Made by a program: the position numbers and the translations under genes. From Bythopirellula sp. (GTDB lineage: Bacteria; Planctomycetota; Planctomycetia; Pirellulales; Lacipirellulaceae), in contig OZ244170.1 of the NCBI GenBank assembly GCA_965216565.1, positions 2,432,001 to 2,496,000 of the forward strand: a stretch of DNA of 64,000 nucleotides, given 5' to 3'. How positions within the stretch are numbered: the stretch's first letter is position 1; each line of letters opens with the position of its first letter. The notes beneath the pieces were generated by a model, which saw nothing but the letters and a program-made list of their open reading frames with translations, was not told the DNA's origin and searched no databases. Shown in pieces: positions 11,001 to 20,935 of this stretch.

Positions 11001-11227
11001 GAATTCGGATCACCTGGAACAATAGCCCACTCATAAGCGTTTTCAGCAACGTCGAGTCGCAGGTCGGCTTCGCGCGAAGATGCGTCTGCTCCATGACAGG
11101 CAAAGCAGTTTTCGGCTAGTATCGGTCTCACATCCCTGTTGAAGTCCGGCACTTCCGCAGAGGCTATGCCGCCAGTGAGAACGAGGAGTAAACTCAAAGC
11201 GGTCGAAATATAGACAATGCATTTCAC
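8051..11227 (-). CDS. Planctomycete cytochrome c / DUF1549 / LamG / DUF1553 protein
   Basis: FNRDVRPIL, CFACH and CQCHDHK haem motifs, WLDAARYGDT, central LamG-like segment, RVTVNRFWQ, TNTPLQAL. Confidence 0.9.
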   Translation of the reverse strand: MKCIVYISTALSLLLVLTGGIASAEVPDFNRDVRPILAENCFACHGADASSREADLRLDVAENAYEWAIVPGDPNSSEVVARVFSNDPDLVMPPPESKKSLTTEEKKLLRDWVTNGAEYQPHWALIAPVQSKLPVVNDREWPKNEIDHFTLAKLEEFGLKPAPEADPHVLFRRLHLDITGLPPSLENVENFVDQYHRDSEEAMSQWIDKLMQSSAWGEHRGRYWLDAARYGDTHGMHFDNYREMWVYRDWVIKAFNKNQPFDEFTVEQLAGDLLDDPTDEQLIATGFQRCNITTNEGGTIKEENLANYASDRVQTFGWVFLGLTTNCCQCHDHKFDPISMKDYYSLAAFFRNTTQQSHDGNLKDGKGPILVVPSDEDRARLDILEEELAEVNDKIMLRTKEAEPKFEEWLATASPEQLVASLPTESLAFHIPLDEGQGNEVRATVGSDTKFTAVGSIDWLEEGYSGSSPILAKDAYFELGDQGDFDLDQPFSYGAWVRTVQGEFGSAIISRMDEKHKHRGWDLWQQSIFHAVHLIDTWPNNAIKVSTQKPTYSPKRWQHLFVTYDGSAEASGIRIYVNGRRVAVNIERDTLKPGATIRNSTELRVGRRAQGAAFEGGSVQDVRIYNRELKDYEIKYLAELSSLKSILAAKPGERTKEQLESLRVHYLKNYDDEYQRVSAAKANLAHEIDAIRTRSPITHIQQENADSPAKAHMLMRGAYDAPGEEVTAATPAALHALPNDAPPNRLGLAKWVIDPANPLTTRVTVNRFWQEVFGLGFVATPEDFGVMGSPPTHPALLDWLAVDFRESGWDVKKLFKSIFMSATYRQAAIVTPDKREVDRGNYLLSRGPRFRMDAEMVRDYALATSGLLSRKMFGPGTHPYQPVGIWDIVGLPGGNTRDYLVDSGENLYRRSVYNFWKRMAPPPSLEALNAPSREVCTVRRERTNTPLQALVTLNDVQFVEAARKLAEEAMQSQQGDEANLARSVSERVLCRPISDVETDIILANCREFRQHYRSNPNDAVALLGVGDSEYDKTLEEVELATWTMVCNQLMNLDEALSK

Positions 11228-11791
11228 GTCAGCTTGTATTTCCTCATTATTCTGTAGACATTCCCAAGCCTACGATTGCACTAACAGAGATTTTCTATCT
11301 CAAGTCCTGAGCATCAATAAGACAAAATCGCCGCCCAAATTATAGAATAATCTGTTCCATGTCGGTGGTGACAGTAGTTAGATCTATGGTGCGTACTTAG
11401 TTGCTTTTGACTAAACATTTCTTGTCTCTGAATGTTGATCTTGGTCAGTACCTCCATTGCAGTCAGAATCCGACGAGAGCTAGGGGCGGGAGACAAACTC
11501 AGGGCGTAACTTGTTTTCTGACAGCAAGTTGCAACACAACTCCGCTAGAATTCCATGCTCACAATTACGGAGAGCCGCAAGTGCAATCTTGGCACCATAA
11601 ACATTACTCCGGAACGTTCCCAGAATCTCACTGCAATAGTCGCAATATTGACGAAACAGACGTTACAGATTGATTAGGACAATATCCATCTGCACCGAAT
11701 ACCCCACAAAGCTCATCGACTTTTAGGCGGAGGAATGCATGCTCACCTCACAATGAAGGTGGCAAGGACTAGGGACTTCAGTTTTCGCATG

Positions 11792-14659
11792 TTAATTACG
11801 GACGCGCGAATACTGAGTCATTCTTCGGAATGGCCAGATACCGAAAGCTGAAAGAGTAATCAACAAGGATGCCGGCTCCGGAACCTGTGCAATCGCACTC
11901 AACGTTGCGGTAAAGCCATTCTGTTGTTGCCAAACTAGAAAGTCCAACCCATCAACTCTGCCATCGCCATTGGCATCGCCATCTGAATGATCGGCCGACA
12001 GCGCACCGTAACTCGACTGCCACTGCGCGAGATCGATTTCGTTGACACTACCATCGCCATTGAAATCAGCAGCGAATAGCACATCAAGCGAGACAGCATT
12101 AGCCAAGTAGTTCAAATCCCAGACTAGTCCAGGCGAAAGCGCTGGCAAGAGCGTGGTGTCGAATGTACCTGAAAGGGAGGCTCCGGAAAGAAACTCAAAC
12201 TGATCACCTGCAATCGGTTGGAAGGATCCATCGAGACTTACTTCGAGAGCCCCTTGAATCCCAACTGCATCTAGTACGTCGAGTCTGCCAAACTGTCCAA
12301 TCGCGTCCCCAGCGAGCTTGATCACCAATACCCCTGCCTCCGACTGCGTGTAGTCGCCATCGACATCGACAACCCCTGTGCTTTCAATTTGCAAAGTGCC
12401 TGCCGTGATAATTCCGTCTCCTAGAGTAAGTTGTCCGACAGGACTCACCGCCGAATCGACGGTAATGATGCCACCATTTTCAATGAATACAGATGTCGCG
12501 GAGGTGTCGTTTTTTGGAGTCGCTACAGCAACCGTATAGGAAGCCCAATCGAGTCCTGTGTCGTCATTGACCTGTACATTCACGCTTCCAGACTGCATGT
12601 CTTCGAGAAAACTACCCATATCGATCACTCCGACAAACGTATCGGTCGCATTGATCTCGGTATCCCACCCCAGGTCGGAAAAAAACAACCGATGCTGAGC
12701 GTCGAAGTCGAACAGTCGCACGAAATCGGTGTTGATTAACCCGCCACTCTGCTTGATGGCAAGTGCAAGGAAGCCATGCACCACCTGCTCGCCTGCATCG
12801 AGTGTGTGCTGGATGGTGAAGGTCACGTTTTGGTTGTCAGACAAACTATCCAGTCCCGCAATCGGATGGGAAGAAGAGCCGAGGACTGCCGCCTGCCAAT
12901 TCGGATCGATGAATACATCGTCGATGCTCGCTACTCCGTCATACGTGTAATCGTCGATGTCGCCCACTAAATAATCTCGTAAAGAGACAGTATACGAATC
13001 AACGGGAGCCACTCGAGCGTCCCACTGCTGGGCATCTGTCCAATTGCCGCTACCTGAAAGTGAACGAAACACGGTGATGTCCTGGGCATCACTCGCCTGG
13101 GCGTCGTAAAGACTCGTTGTTCCACCAGCGGTCACTGGTGTGCCATGAGAATCGTAGTTTCCTGACGGCTGAGGACCGAATGTCGTATCCTCGACGATGG
13201 TCCCAGTAGAACCAATAAGCCAATTTTGTGCCGTTGGAGGATTCTGAATGCGAAAACTATCGGCTGTGGAATTCCAAACGACCATGTTCGCACCCGACCA
13301 TCCGTGGGCGGTTCCAAAGCTCCCCCGGTTTCTTGCATTGATGGCATTTCCTTGAACGGTAATGTTGTCGAATAACGTGCCCGTTGCCCATCGTTGGTGA
13401 GGACCGCTATCTGAATTGGCGTTGGTTGCCGTCGATTGGTGAAACACGTTGGGGCCGGGCGGCCTGGTGCTGTTGTTCACAAAATCGTGACGCCCTTCGT
13501 CGGCTTGTGCGTTGGTCACAAATCCCAACTCGCCGCTGAGGTCGTAACTATAGCGACGCGATCCGGTAATTTGGCTGATTGGTGTTTCGCTAATTGCGTC
13601 GTCGACCGTCACCCATTTCGTCCCGGGGTTGGCAACGACCGCCGAGTCACCAAAGTGTGCCGCCGTAATATCCCGAACCCAAACGTTTTGGGCACGATCG
13701 GCGTTCTGGCTACCACCAATCGAGATAAACTCCCAAGCATGATCCTCGTCTGTAGCCGAAGTGAAATCTGTATCTCCGCGAAGATTTTCGATACCTACGT
13801 TTTCGATGGCACCACTCCACGTGTAGCGTCGAATAGTCCCGCCGCCATACTGCTGCTCGAACGAATTGGCCAGCGGTGCATCGACGAAGACGCGATCTCC
13901 CTCAATTCGAGTGATCACACGATCGTACCGCACATTCATGGTTCCCGGTTTCCAGTTCGGGTCGTTGTTGGGGGGATCATCCATTCCTACGGCAACGATC
14001 CAATCTTCGGTACTGGGCCGCTCGATTCGGACCGTGTCGCCTACAGAAAACTCGCCAGGCACGTCAACGCGAAAGCTTCGTGCGCCCGCAGGGACGACCT
14101 TGTCGATCATGTTGCGAGTCGAACCCACGTTGGATCGACCGCCGTTGCCATAGACCCTAATTAAAGGCCTTTGGTTAGGGTTCGTGCCACCAGATAAGGG
14201 ATTACGTCCATGAATAACAGTCCCACCGCCATCGCGTCCCTCGCCGCGTAACACGACGCCACTAGCTCGGATTTCTAGCTGGCTATCGATGTCATACGTA
14301 CCTGCCTGCAGTAGCACCGCCCCGCGATAGCCATCGGGTCCCAACGGCAAAGCGGAGACCTGATCAATCGCCGCCTGGATACTTGATGTGTCGTCACCCG
14401 CAATCGGCGACAGGGTCACGGAGGTCGGCACGTTCGAAGGAATGAGGGAGCTACCACTAGCTCGATACCCCACATTGGAAAAATCGAGGATGTGGTCGCC
14501 CTCGGCATCGGGAACGTAAATTAATCTGCCCGTCACCCCGGTCTTGATCCATTGGCTTTCGACACCAACGCAAATTGAACCACTCATGGTTAACCAACCG
14601 GCGATGATCACGCTTAGCGCCGAGTTCCAGTTACTTCGGATCTGACAGGAGTGAATCAA
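11792..14659 (-). CDS. Secreted pectate-lyase-superfamily beta-helix protein with dockerin-like domain and PEP-CTERM
   Basis: DDTSSIQAAID...GAVLLQAGTY...SGVVLRGEG beta-helix cap; ADFNGDG/GDANGDGRVDGLDF repeats; VPEP + TM + RR. Confidence 0.75.
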   Translation of the reverse strand: MIHSCQIRSNWNSALSVIIAGWLTMSGSICVGVESQWIKTGVTGRLIYVPDAEGDHILDFSNVGYRASGSSLIPSNVPTSVTLSPIAGDDTSSIQAAIDQVSALPLGPDGYRGAVLLQAGTYDIDSQLEIRASGVVLRGEGRDGGGTVIHGRNPLSGGTNPNQRPLIRVYGNGGRSNVGSTRNMIDKVVPAGARSFRVDVPGEFSVGDTVRIERPSTEDWIVAVGMDDPPNNDPNWKPGTMNVRYDRVITRIEGDRVFVDAPLANSFEQQYGGGTIRRYTWSGAIENVGIENLRGDTDFTSATDEDHAWEFISIGGSQNADRAQNVWVRDITAAHFGDSAVVANPGTKWVTVDDAISETPISQITGSRRYSYDLSGELGFVTNAQADEGRHDFVNNSTRPPGPNVFHQSTATNANSDSGPHQRWATGTLFDNITVQGNAINARNRGSFGTAHGWSGANMVVWNSTADSFRIQNPPTAQNWLIGSTGTIVEDTTFGPQPSGNYDSHGTPVTAGGTTSLYDAQASDAQDITVFRSLSGSGNWTDAQQWDARVAPVDSYTVSLRDYLVGDIDDYTYDGVASIDDVFIDPNWQAAVLGSSSHPIAGLDSLSDNQNVTFTIQHTLDAGEQVVHGFLALAIKQSGGLINTDFVRLFDFDAQHRLFFSDLGWDTEINATDTFVGVIDMGSFLEDMQSGSVNVQVNDDTGLDWASYTVAVATPKNDTSATSVFIENGGIITVDSAVSPVGQLTLGDGIITAGTLQIESTGVVDVDGDYTQSEAGVLVIKLAGDAIGQFGRLDVLDAVGIQGALEVSLDGSFQPIAGDQFEFLSGASLSGTFDTTLLPALSPGLVWDLNYLANAVSLDVLFAADFNGDGSVNEIDLAQWQSSYGALSADHSDGDANGDGRVDGLDFLVWQQQNGFTATLSAIAQVPEPASLLITLSAFGIWPFRRMTQYSRVRN

Positions 14660-15107
14660 TGGAGTCCTCTGCTACGAGTCGCTGTTACTGGATTTGGTTT
14701 TTGAAGGCTGACGCTTGGAGAAGCAAGATAGTTGTTCGACTAACAGTCTATTCTATCCGCAAAAACCAATCGATATTCCTATGAGGTTCTTACATTCTAG
14801 AATTTCGAAATGGAGGCTTCTCTGCTCAAATCGGGGCTCACATTTATCGGCCAGCTCTCTTGGATTGCATTGGACTTGCATTCGGTTGGCTCAGACTCAA
14901 CCCACCCGGTTGATCACGCCAGAGCGCGAAATTTGAGCAGAACCATCGATACCATCGAGTACGAATTTGACGTAAAGTCGGAACCACATGCCGACTTTCA
15001 GGATACAATCGACCTGTGTAACGATTTAGAATTACCAGAATTCAGTTCTAAAAAAACGACTGCTGACGTCACTTTTCTCCGTAGTTCTTCGAGGCGATCC
15101 CAGTTCG

Positions 15108-16268
15108 ATGTATCACGTCGCCCTGCTAGTTGAGACATCTCGAGAGTACGCTCGCGGGCTTCTTCGAGGAATCGCTCGTTATCATCAGGAGGTCGGCCCT
15201 TGGTCCATCTTCTTCGAGCCGCATGGCTTACACGATCCTCCGCCGGCATGGCTTAAAAGCTGGAAGGGCGACGGAATCCTGGCCCGAATCGATGATCAGC
15301 GGATGTGCGACGCGATATTGGAAACAGGCATTCCGGCGGTCGACCTGCGCGGGGCTCTCCAAGACATTCCCTTGCCGTTTATTGGTGTCGATAATCGCCC
15401 CGTTTCCAAACTGGCATTCGAGCATCTACTAGACTGCGGGCTACGAAATTTTGCATTCTGCGGCACGCCCCAAGGAGAGAATCCGAATCAAGACCTAAGG
15501 CGAGATTACTTCAAGGAACGAGTCGAACAAGCCGGTTACGAGTGCAGCGTGTTTCTCGGCAAAGGTCGAAAGACGCGTTCCCAATCCTGGGAAACACAGC
15601 AACAACACATTGTGGAATGGCTCAAAGAGCTTCCGAAACCGGTCGGAATCATGACCTGCCACGACGATCGAGGGCATGAGGTACTCGATGCCTGTCGACG
15701 GGCGGATTTGGTTGTCCCCGACGAGGTTGCTGTGATTGGCGTGGACAATGACACCTATCTCTGCAATCTGAGTACGCCGCCGCTAAGCAGCATCGACGTC
15801 AATTCTAGCCGTATTGGCTACGAAGCGGCCAAAGTGCTACACCACGCGATGGGCGGGGAAAACACGGCCCCTGGTGCCGAATTATTGGGGCCTCCCCGAG
15901 GCATTGCTGCCCGGCAGTCTACCGACATGCTATCGGTCGAAGACGAAGACGTGGCCTCGGCAATTCGCTATATCCGCGAGCATGCGGTCGAGGGCATCCA
16001 GGTCCGCGACGTTCTAAAACGGGCCAATCGCTCTCCAAGCACGCTGGAGAGAAGGATAAAAAAGCTACTGGGACGCACCATCAAGGCAGAAATCACGCGA
16101 GTACGGCTCTCCCGAGCCAAACTTCTGCTTTGCGAGACGGAACTACCAATCTCAAAAATCGCCCTCCGCACCGGCTTTAGCGAGCCAAAATACTTCTGCG
16201 ACGTGTTCCGCAAGAACGAAGACATGACAGCTAGTGCCTACCGCAATAAGTTCCGGGATCAGATCTGA
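15108..16268 (+). CDS. XylR-type regulator (periplasmic-binding-fold sensor plus AraC HTH)
   Basis: VALLVETSREYARGLLRGI, VPDEVAVIGVDND, PPLSSID, RQSTD and a C-terminal AraC HTH. Confidence 0.9.
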   Translation: MYHVALLVETSREYARGLLRGIARYHQEVGPWSIFFEPHGLHDPPPAWLKSWKGDGILARIDDQRMCDAILETGIPAVDLRGALQDIPLPFIGVDNRPVSKLAFEHLLDCGLRNFAFCGTPQGENPNQDLRRDYFKERVEQAGYECSVFLGKGRKTRSQSWETQQQHIVEWLKELPKPVGIMTCHDDRGHEVLDACRRADLVVPDEVAVIGVDNDTYLCNLSTPPLSSIDVNSSRIGYEAAKVLHHAMGGENTAPGAELLGPPRGIAARQSTDMLSVEDEDVASAIRYIREHAVEGIQVRDVLKRANRSPSTLERRIKKLLGRTIKAEITRVRLSRAKLLLCETELPISKIALRTGFSEPKYFCDVFRKNEDMTASAYRNKFRDQI

Positions 16269-16576
16269 GAGAGCATCATCATGCACAAGACCATTGGACC
16301 CCTAGCAGCCTAAACGTTCAACACTCGAAACAATGGACAGTAAAAAACACAAAAGGGGCGTTAAATGCAGAAAAAACGGAATAAATATCCATGTAATTGG
16401 ATTGTTGATTCCGCACTTATTGAGCATTCTAGATACTGCGGAGTGGAGTGCCTCATCTATCCACTCAGACCAATCTGCCAACTTCGGGGTCCACTCGCCC
16501 TCGATCGACAGATGAAGAATCACTTTTCAATGCCTGCAAAATTCTACTCAAATAATCTTTAGAAAGGTGTGTCCTC

Positions 16577-18235
16577 ATGTCCCTGATCCAGACCAAGGAT
16601 AGTCGGAACAAGAAAACCGTTCAAAACCGGGTCGCTTTTAAGCCAAAAAGCCTGATCCTTTCGCTCTTAGTTCTATCACTCGTGTTGCTTGTATCTAGCA
16701 GCAGTTCTTTGGCCGTGGTAATCACCGATGGGTTCGGTGACGCTGATCTCGATAATAATGGGGTTATCAATTTCTACGACACCGATGCAGGTGATAGTTG
16801 GTTCGATGATCCCAATATGGTCAATGACAACTTCACTTACGTTCCTGCTTATTTGCAAGATCCCAATGGCAATGGACCAACTAACCCTGAAGTCACTTCC
16901 GCACTCGACGCTGGTGACGTAGGCATCAAATGGTTCCAAATGCGTGGCTTTACTGGGAATAATGATGGCCGTTCGAAGCCAACAGCACGGATCGTTGACG
17001 ACGCTCAAGGTTCGATGATTGAAACCTCGCCAGTCGATCCAAACACAAACGGATTAGGCAAGGCAGCGATCGATTCGGGTTATGCATTGTCGATGAACTC
17101 GCGCGGTAGAGGCAGCTCTGTTGCTGGGTTCTTTGGAGAGAATGTAGCTCTCGGAACCGAACTGGGAGATTCGATCAAAGTCTCCTTCGATTGGCGTATT
17201 TGGCGCGATGCACCTGCACTCAACGCCTTCCTGCAGCCCATCGACGCCGAACTACGCTTTGGTATTTACCAAGACACCGACAATCAAATAGGTTCAGATA
17301 ATGGCTTGGCCGGACGTTCCGAGGACACCAACGGTGACTTTTTTCTTGATCCAGTCGCAGCAACTTGGGGTGAAGAAGAAGGCTGGTTCGAAGGTGGTCA
17401 AGAGGGTGGATTTGGAGACAGTGTCGCTACCGACGAAGTTGGTTCAATCGGCGACGGAGGCTGGTTCGGAGCTGTTACCATCGTAGACCCCAATGGATCG
17501 TTCCCCCCGACTGCCCTTCCGGAAGGGGGAGGATGGAGAGTCCGCGAGGAATCTAACCTGAATGATCCCAACTTTGGCATTAACGACAAGCGAATCCTAC
17601 AAGGCTCGGCCGACGTCGATACAGTCGCCAATCCAAGTGAAGCGAACCCTGGCACAGGAGACTTTGGGCTAACCAACCTCCTGGTAGATAAGGTTTACAA
17701 CTTATCGCTGGAACTCGTGCGAGCGGAGGATCCAAACGGTGCGGCAGCAATCACGGCGCATTTGTCTGCCTTTGCTAAAGACGATCCGAACACGGTCTTT
17801 ACCCTCTCGGGCACCGAACTGTTTACTCAGACCGACCCAAACGTAGACAACGTGTTGCAGTCTGTAGACACTTTCGACTATTTCGCCATCCGCAATACGG
17901 GTACCGATGATTTCGATATGTTGATCGACAACTTCCGATTGGAAACATTCAGTGCTGGAGCTGACAATGCGGATTTCGACGGTGACGGTTTGGTCACGGG
18001 ACTCGATTTCCTCATTCTCCAACAGAACATCGGCCTCAGTGGTCAAACCGACAACAGCAATGGAGATGCTAACGGAGACGGCGTGGTCGGCAGTGCTGAC
18101 ATTGCAATCTATGAAAGCCAATATGGTGCGGCTCCGCCACTTGGTGCCTCGGTCAGTGCCGTCCCAGAACCCTCAACGCTCCTGCTGTTTTTGCTAGGAC
18201 TGTTTGGGCTTAGACCAGTTCGCTTTCGTCTCTGA
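16577..18235 (+). CDS. PEP-CTERM surface protein of unknown function with dockerin-like domain
   Basis: Signal peptide; D/N/G-rich; ADFDGDG/GDANGDG; VPEPSTLLL; AAAGGT RBS-like sequence upstream. Confidence 0.8.
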   Translation: MSLIQTKDSRNKKTVQNRVAFKPKSLILSLLVLSLVLLVSSSSSLAVVITDGFGDADLDNNGVINFYDTDAGDSWFDDPNMVNDNFTYVPAYLQDPNGNGPTNPEVTSALDAGDVGIKWFQMRGFTGNNDGRSKPTARIVDDAQGSMIETSPVDPNTNGLGKAAIDSGYALSMNSRGRGSSVAGFFGENVALGTELGDSIKVSFDWRIWRDAPALNAFLQPIDAELRFGIYQDTDNQIGSDNGLAGRSEDTNGDFFLDPVAATWGEEEGWFEGGQEGGFGDSVATDEVGSIGDGGWFGAVTIVDPNGSFPPTALPEGGGWRVREESNLNDPNFGINDKRILQGSADVDTVANPSEANPGTGDFGLTNLLVDKVYNLSLELVRAEDPNGAAAITAHLSAFAKDDPNTVFTLSGTELFTQTDPNVDNVLQSVDTFDYFAIRNTGTDDFDMLIDNFRLETFSAGADNADFDGDGLVTGLDFLILQQNIGLSGQTDNSNGDANGDGVVGSADIAIYESQYGAAPPLGASVSAVPEPSTLLLFLLGLFGLRPVRFRL

Positions 18236-18369
18236 TAGTTTAGCAGTTATCCAGAGGCGCTATTAAGTTTGTATTTTTGTTTAACAGGAAGAAGCAATTG
18301 TAGTTATTCAAATTTTCTTGTTCACAACGTGTGTTGTTGTGGACGCCTTTTCCTTGGGAGGTAGATCTA

Positions 18370-19635
18370 ATGAAGTGTGCTCCTAGTATCAAAGTGAGAA
18401 TGCCTAGAGTGATCGCACTGGTTGCGTTGACCACGCTCTTTGCATACTCGGCAACTGCTTCGTGGGCAGTTGTAATTAAAGACGGATTCGGTGATGGCGA
18501 CCGGAATAATGACGGCGTAATTGGCTTCTACGACACGGACGTCAACCTGAGTGATACGTTTAATCAAACGACCGGCGATCCTAACAATCCAGGTCCAGAT
18601 GAGACGATCAATAACAAGGGTCTCATTGAGGTCACTTCCGCTGAAGATGCAAGCGATGTAGGCATCGTTTGGTCCGCCACTCGTGGATTTACCAGCAGCA
18701 ATTCGGGAGATCCTAAGGCCAACTTGAAGATCGTCAACGATAACGTTCCTACCGGAAGCGAAACCAACGCATGGATTCATGGCAATGGATACGCACTTGG
18801 TTACGAAGCCAAGGGTACGGGCAGCTCCATGATTGGTGCATTTGGCCAGTCTGTAGCTATCGGTCCTAATATTGGGAACCGTATTCGAGTTTCGATCGAC
18901 ATGCGTTTCTGGATCGAATCTAACAATCCAACTGGTCTCGCTAATCCTGGTGAAATCCGTTGGGGCTTGTTCCAAGATACTGACAACGAACTCGGCACGT
19001 TCGACAACGCCGGCAAAGTAGACCCAAATTCTGGAATTCAAGCTTCGGTCGAATGGGGTGCAGAAGATGGTGATTGGCGTTCCAACTCACCTGGTCCTGA
19101 AGGTGACAAGGGTATTTGGACAGAAATTAACACAGGTCCAAACGCCAATGCCGCTGACATGCGTATTAAGTTCGAGAACAACGTCGCTGGCATCAATGGC
19201 ACCAGCAACAATGGTCGTTTCCTCGAAGGTAGCGGTGCCAGCAATACGGTTGGTTCCGGCGGCGATGTTGGTACTGTCGCTTCGCCTTCCGGCGATGGCC
19301 CTGGTGGCACGATTGCAACCATTGGAACACATACGCTAACGATGGACTTCATCCGCGTCGAAGATCCTTCTGACCCGAACAACACACTTGTTCAGGTTGC
19401 AAGCTTTGTAGACGGTAATGAGTTGTTGAGAGATGAAATCAAACCTGGTGATACGGGTGCAGCCATTTTGCAGCCAGCTCCAGAGAGTTTTGATTACATT
19501 GCTCTTCGCAATTCGAGTGGCGACGTTGACTATGTATTTGACAACTTCGTGATTCGCAACTTGGTTCCAGAGCCAACTTCCCTGCTGCTAGTTAGCATGG
19601 GCGGTTTTGCTCTATTGGGTTATCGACGTCGATAA
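18370..19635 (+). CDS. PEP-CTERM surface protein, paralog of 16577-18235
   Basis: GGAGG RBS before ATG 18370. Shares AVVI.DGFGD, EVTSA.DA.DVGI.W, QDTDN and FDY.A.RN blocks with the upstream gene. VPEP...YRRR. Confidence 0.8.
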   Translation: MKCAPSIKVRMPRVIALVALTTLFAYSATASWAVVIKDGFGDGDRNNDGVIGFYDTDVNLSDTFNQTTGDPNNPGPDETINNKGLIEVTSAEDASDVGIVWSATRGFTSSNSGDPKANLKIVNDNVPTGSETNAWIHGNGYALGYEAKGTGSSMIGAFGQSVAIGPNIGNRIRVSIDMRFWIESNNPTGLANPGEIRWGLFQDTDNELGTFDNAGKVDPNSGIQASVEWGAEDGDWRSNSPGPEGDKGIWTEINTGPNANAADMRIKFENNVAGINGTSNNGRFLEGSGASNTVGSGGDVGTVASPSGDGPGGTIATIGTHTLTMDFIRVEDPSDPNNTLVQVASFVDGNELLRDEIKPGDTGAAILQPAPESFDYIALRNSSGDVDYVFDNFVIRNLVPEPTSLLLVSMGGFALLGYRRR

Positions 19636-19661
19636 CCTTGAGATTTGGTTGAGTAGGAAGT

Positions 19662-19737
19662 CCGGGGTCCCGCTGGGACCCCGGTAGATAATAGCTGCCG
19701 CGGTAGTACGCGTTGGTGCGTGCTACCGCTGTGCAGC
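19662..19737 (+). terminator. Two adjacent GC-rich stem-loops (terminator or mRNA stabiliser)
   Basis: CCGGGGTCCC-GCT-GGGACCCCGG (19662-19684) and GCGGTAGTACGCG-TTGG-TGCGTGCTACCGC (19700-19729). No U-tract. Confidence 0.55.
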
Positions 19738-19848
19738 AACTTCAGAGAACGCAACTTTGTTATGCTTCGTGTTGCGGTTGGGGCTTCGGGGAAATACCGA
19801 GTCTTCTAGGTACCCCCTTATTATTTCATTTTTGTGGAGATATCGACG

Positions 19849-20886
19849 ATGCGTGGTTTTGCCTTATCGAAGAACAAAGGATGCTCTGCGAATAGAGGAT
19901 TCACTCTAGTCGAGCTTCTTGTAGTGATCGCAATCATTGGCGTTTTGGTAGCGTTATTGCTACCGGCAGTCCAGGCTGCCCGCGAAGCGGCAAGACGCAT
20001 GCAATGTACCAATAACGTAAAGCAGTTGATCCTTGCCGATCTCGGGTATGAAGATTCCAAGGGCAATCTCGTTCCAGCGCGACTAGGACCCGATGGTACC
20101 GGTTCCCCAGAAGTCCGACACCTTAGATATAAGACCGATCGTTCCGGAGCAAGCGGATTTGTGTTGTTGTTACCTTACTTGGAACAAAGCTCTCTCTTTG
20201 ATCAATTCGATGTGTATAAGAACAACAGCATCTTTCCGTCGGACCAAGTAGGTAACGAACCAGGGACTTCAAACTGGAGAACATTGGCTCGCATGCAAGC
20301 CATTGGAGTTCGACCAGATTTTATCGCATGCCCCTCCTCAGGTGATGAACCTCAAACCCAGATAAAATCCTATCAAAGTTGGGACGTCGTTCCTGCTACT
20401 GGCAACTACGCCTTCATGGGAGGGCATCGCGGGCCCAATGGTCAAAACCCAGTTAACGCTTGTTTAACAAAACACCATAATACGGGTGCTCACTTGTATT
20501 GGACTACCAATACCCTTAAGGAGATTGAGGATGGAACTTCAAATACAATCTCCATTGGAGAAGTGATTGATAGTCATACACGTAACAGCTCTAACATTTG
20601 GACCTATGTCCTTCGTTACGCCGACTCCTTCCGCGTGACTGATGTTGCCGTCAATACTCCACCGGGAGTTGAAGCCAAGCGCGTTGGTTCTAACGCTGCT
20701 GTTGTGAACGGCGCATTTCAAAGTCGCCATCCTGGGGGTGCTGTATTCGGTTACCTTGATGGACATGTGATCTTTGTTGACGAAGGTATCGGTACGGTTG
20801 AGTATCAGAATTTATCTACTATCGCCGGTGAACCTCGCTTCAATGACATCGACGACGAGCAATTTTGCTCAGAAAACAGATACTAA
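19849..20886 (+). CDS. DUF1559 prepilin-type N-terminal cleavage/methylation protein
   Basis: GFTLVELLVVIAIIGVLVALLLPAVQAAREAARR, DGTSNT and SRHPGG...YLDGHV (H-X9-DG). Confidence 0.92.
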   Translation: MRGFALSKNKGCSANRGFTLVELLVVIAIIGVLVALLLPAVQAAREAARRMQCTNNVKQLILADLGYEDSKGNLVPARLGPDGTGSPEVRHLRYKTDRSGASGFVLLLPYLEQSSLFDQFDVYKNNSIFPSDQVGNEPGTSNWRTLARMQAIGVRPDFIACPSSGDEPQTQIKSYQSWDVVPATGNYAFMGGHRGPNGQNPVNACLTKHHNTGAHLYWTTNTLKEIEDGTSNTISIGEVIDSHTRNSSNIWTYVLRYADSFRVTDVAVNTPPGVEAKRVGSNAAVVNGAFQSRHPGGAVFGYLDGHVIFVDEGIGTVEYQNLSTIAGEPRFNDIDDEQFCSENRY

Positions 20887-20935
20887 TGATGTCAAATCAG
20901 CAGGAATAAGTTTTACCTTAAGGCGTTTACAAGAT

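Noticed and set aside
13436..14164. 242-aa ORF and other long antisense ORFs (18367-19041, 37717-38406, 47182-47868, 62997-63590)
   Set aside because: Shadow frames of well-supported genes with no recognisable motifs.
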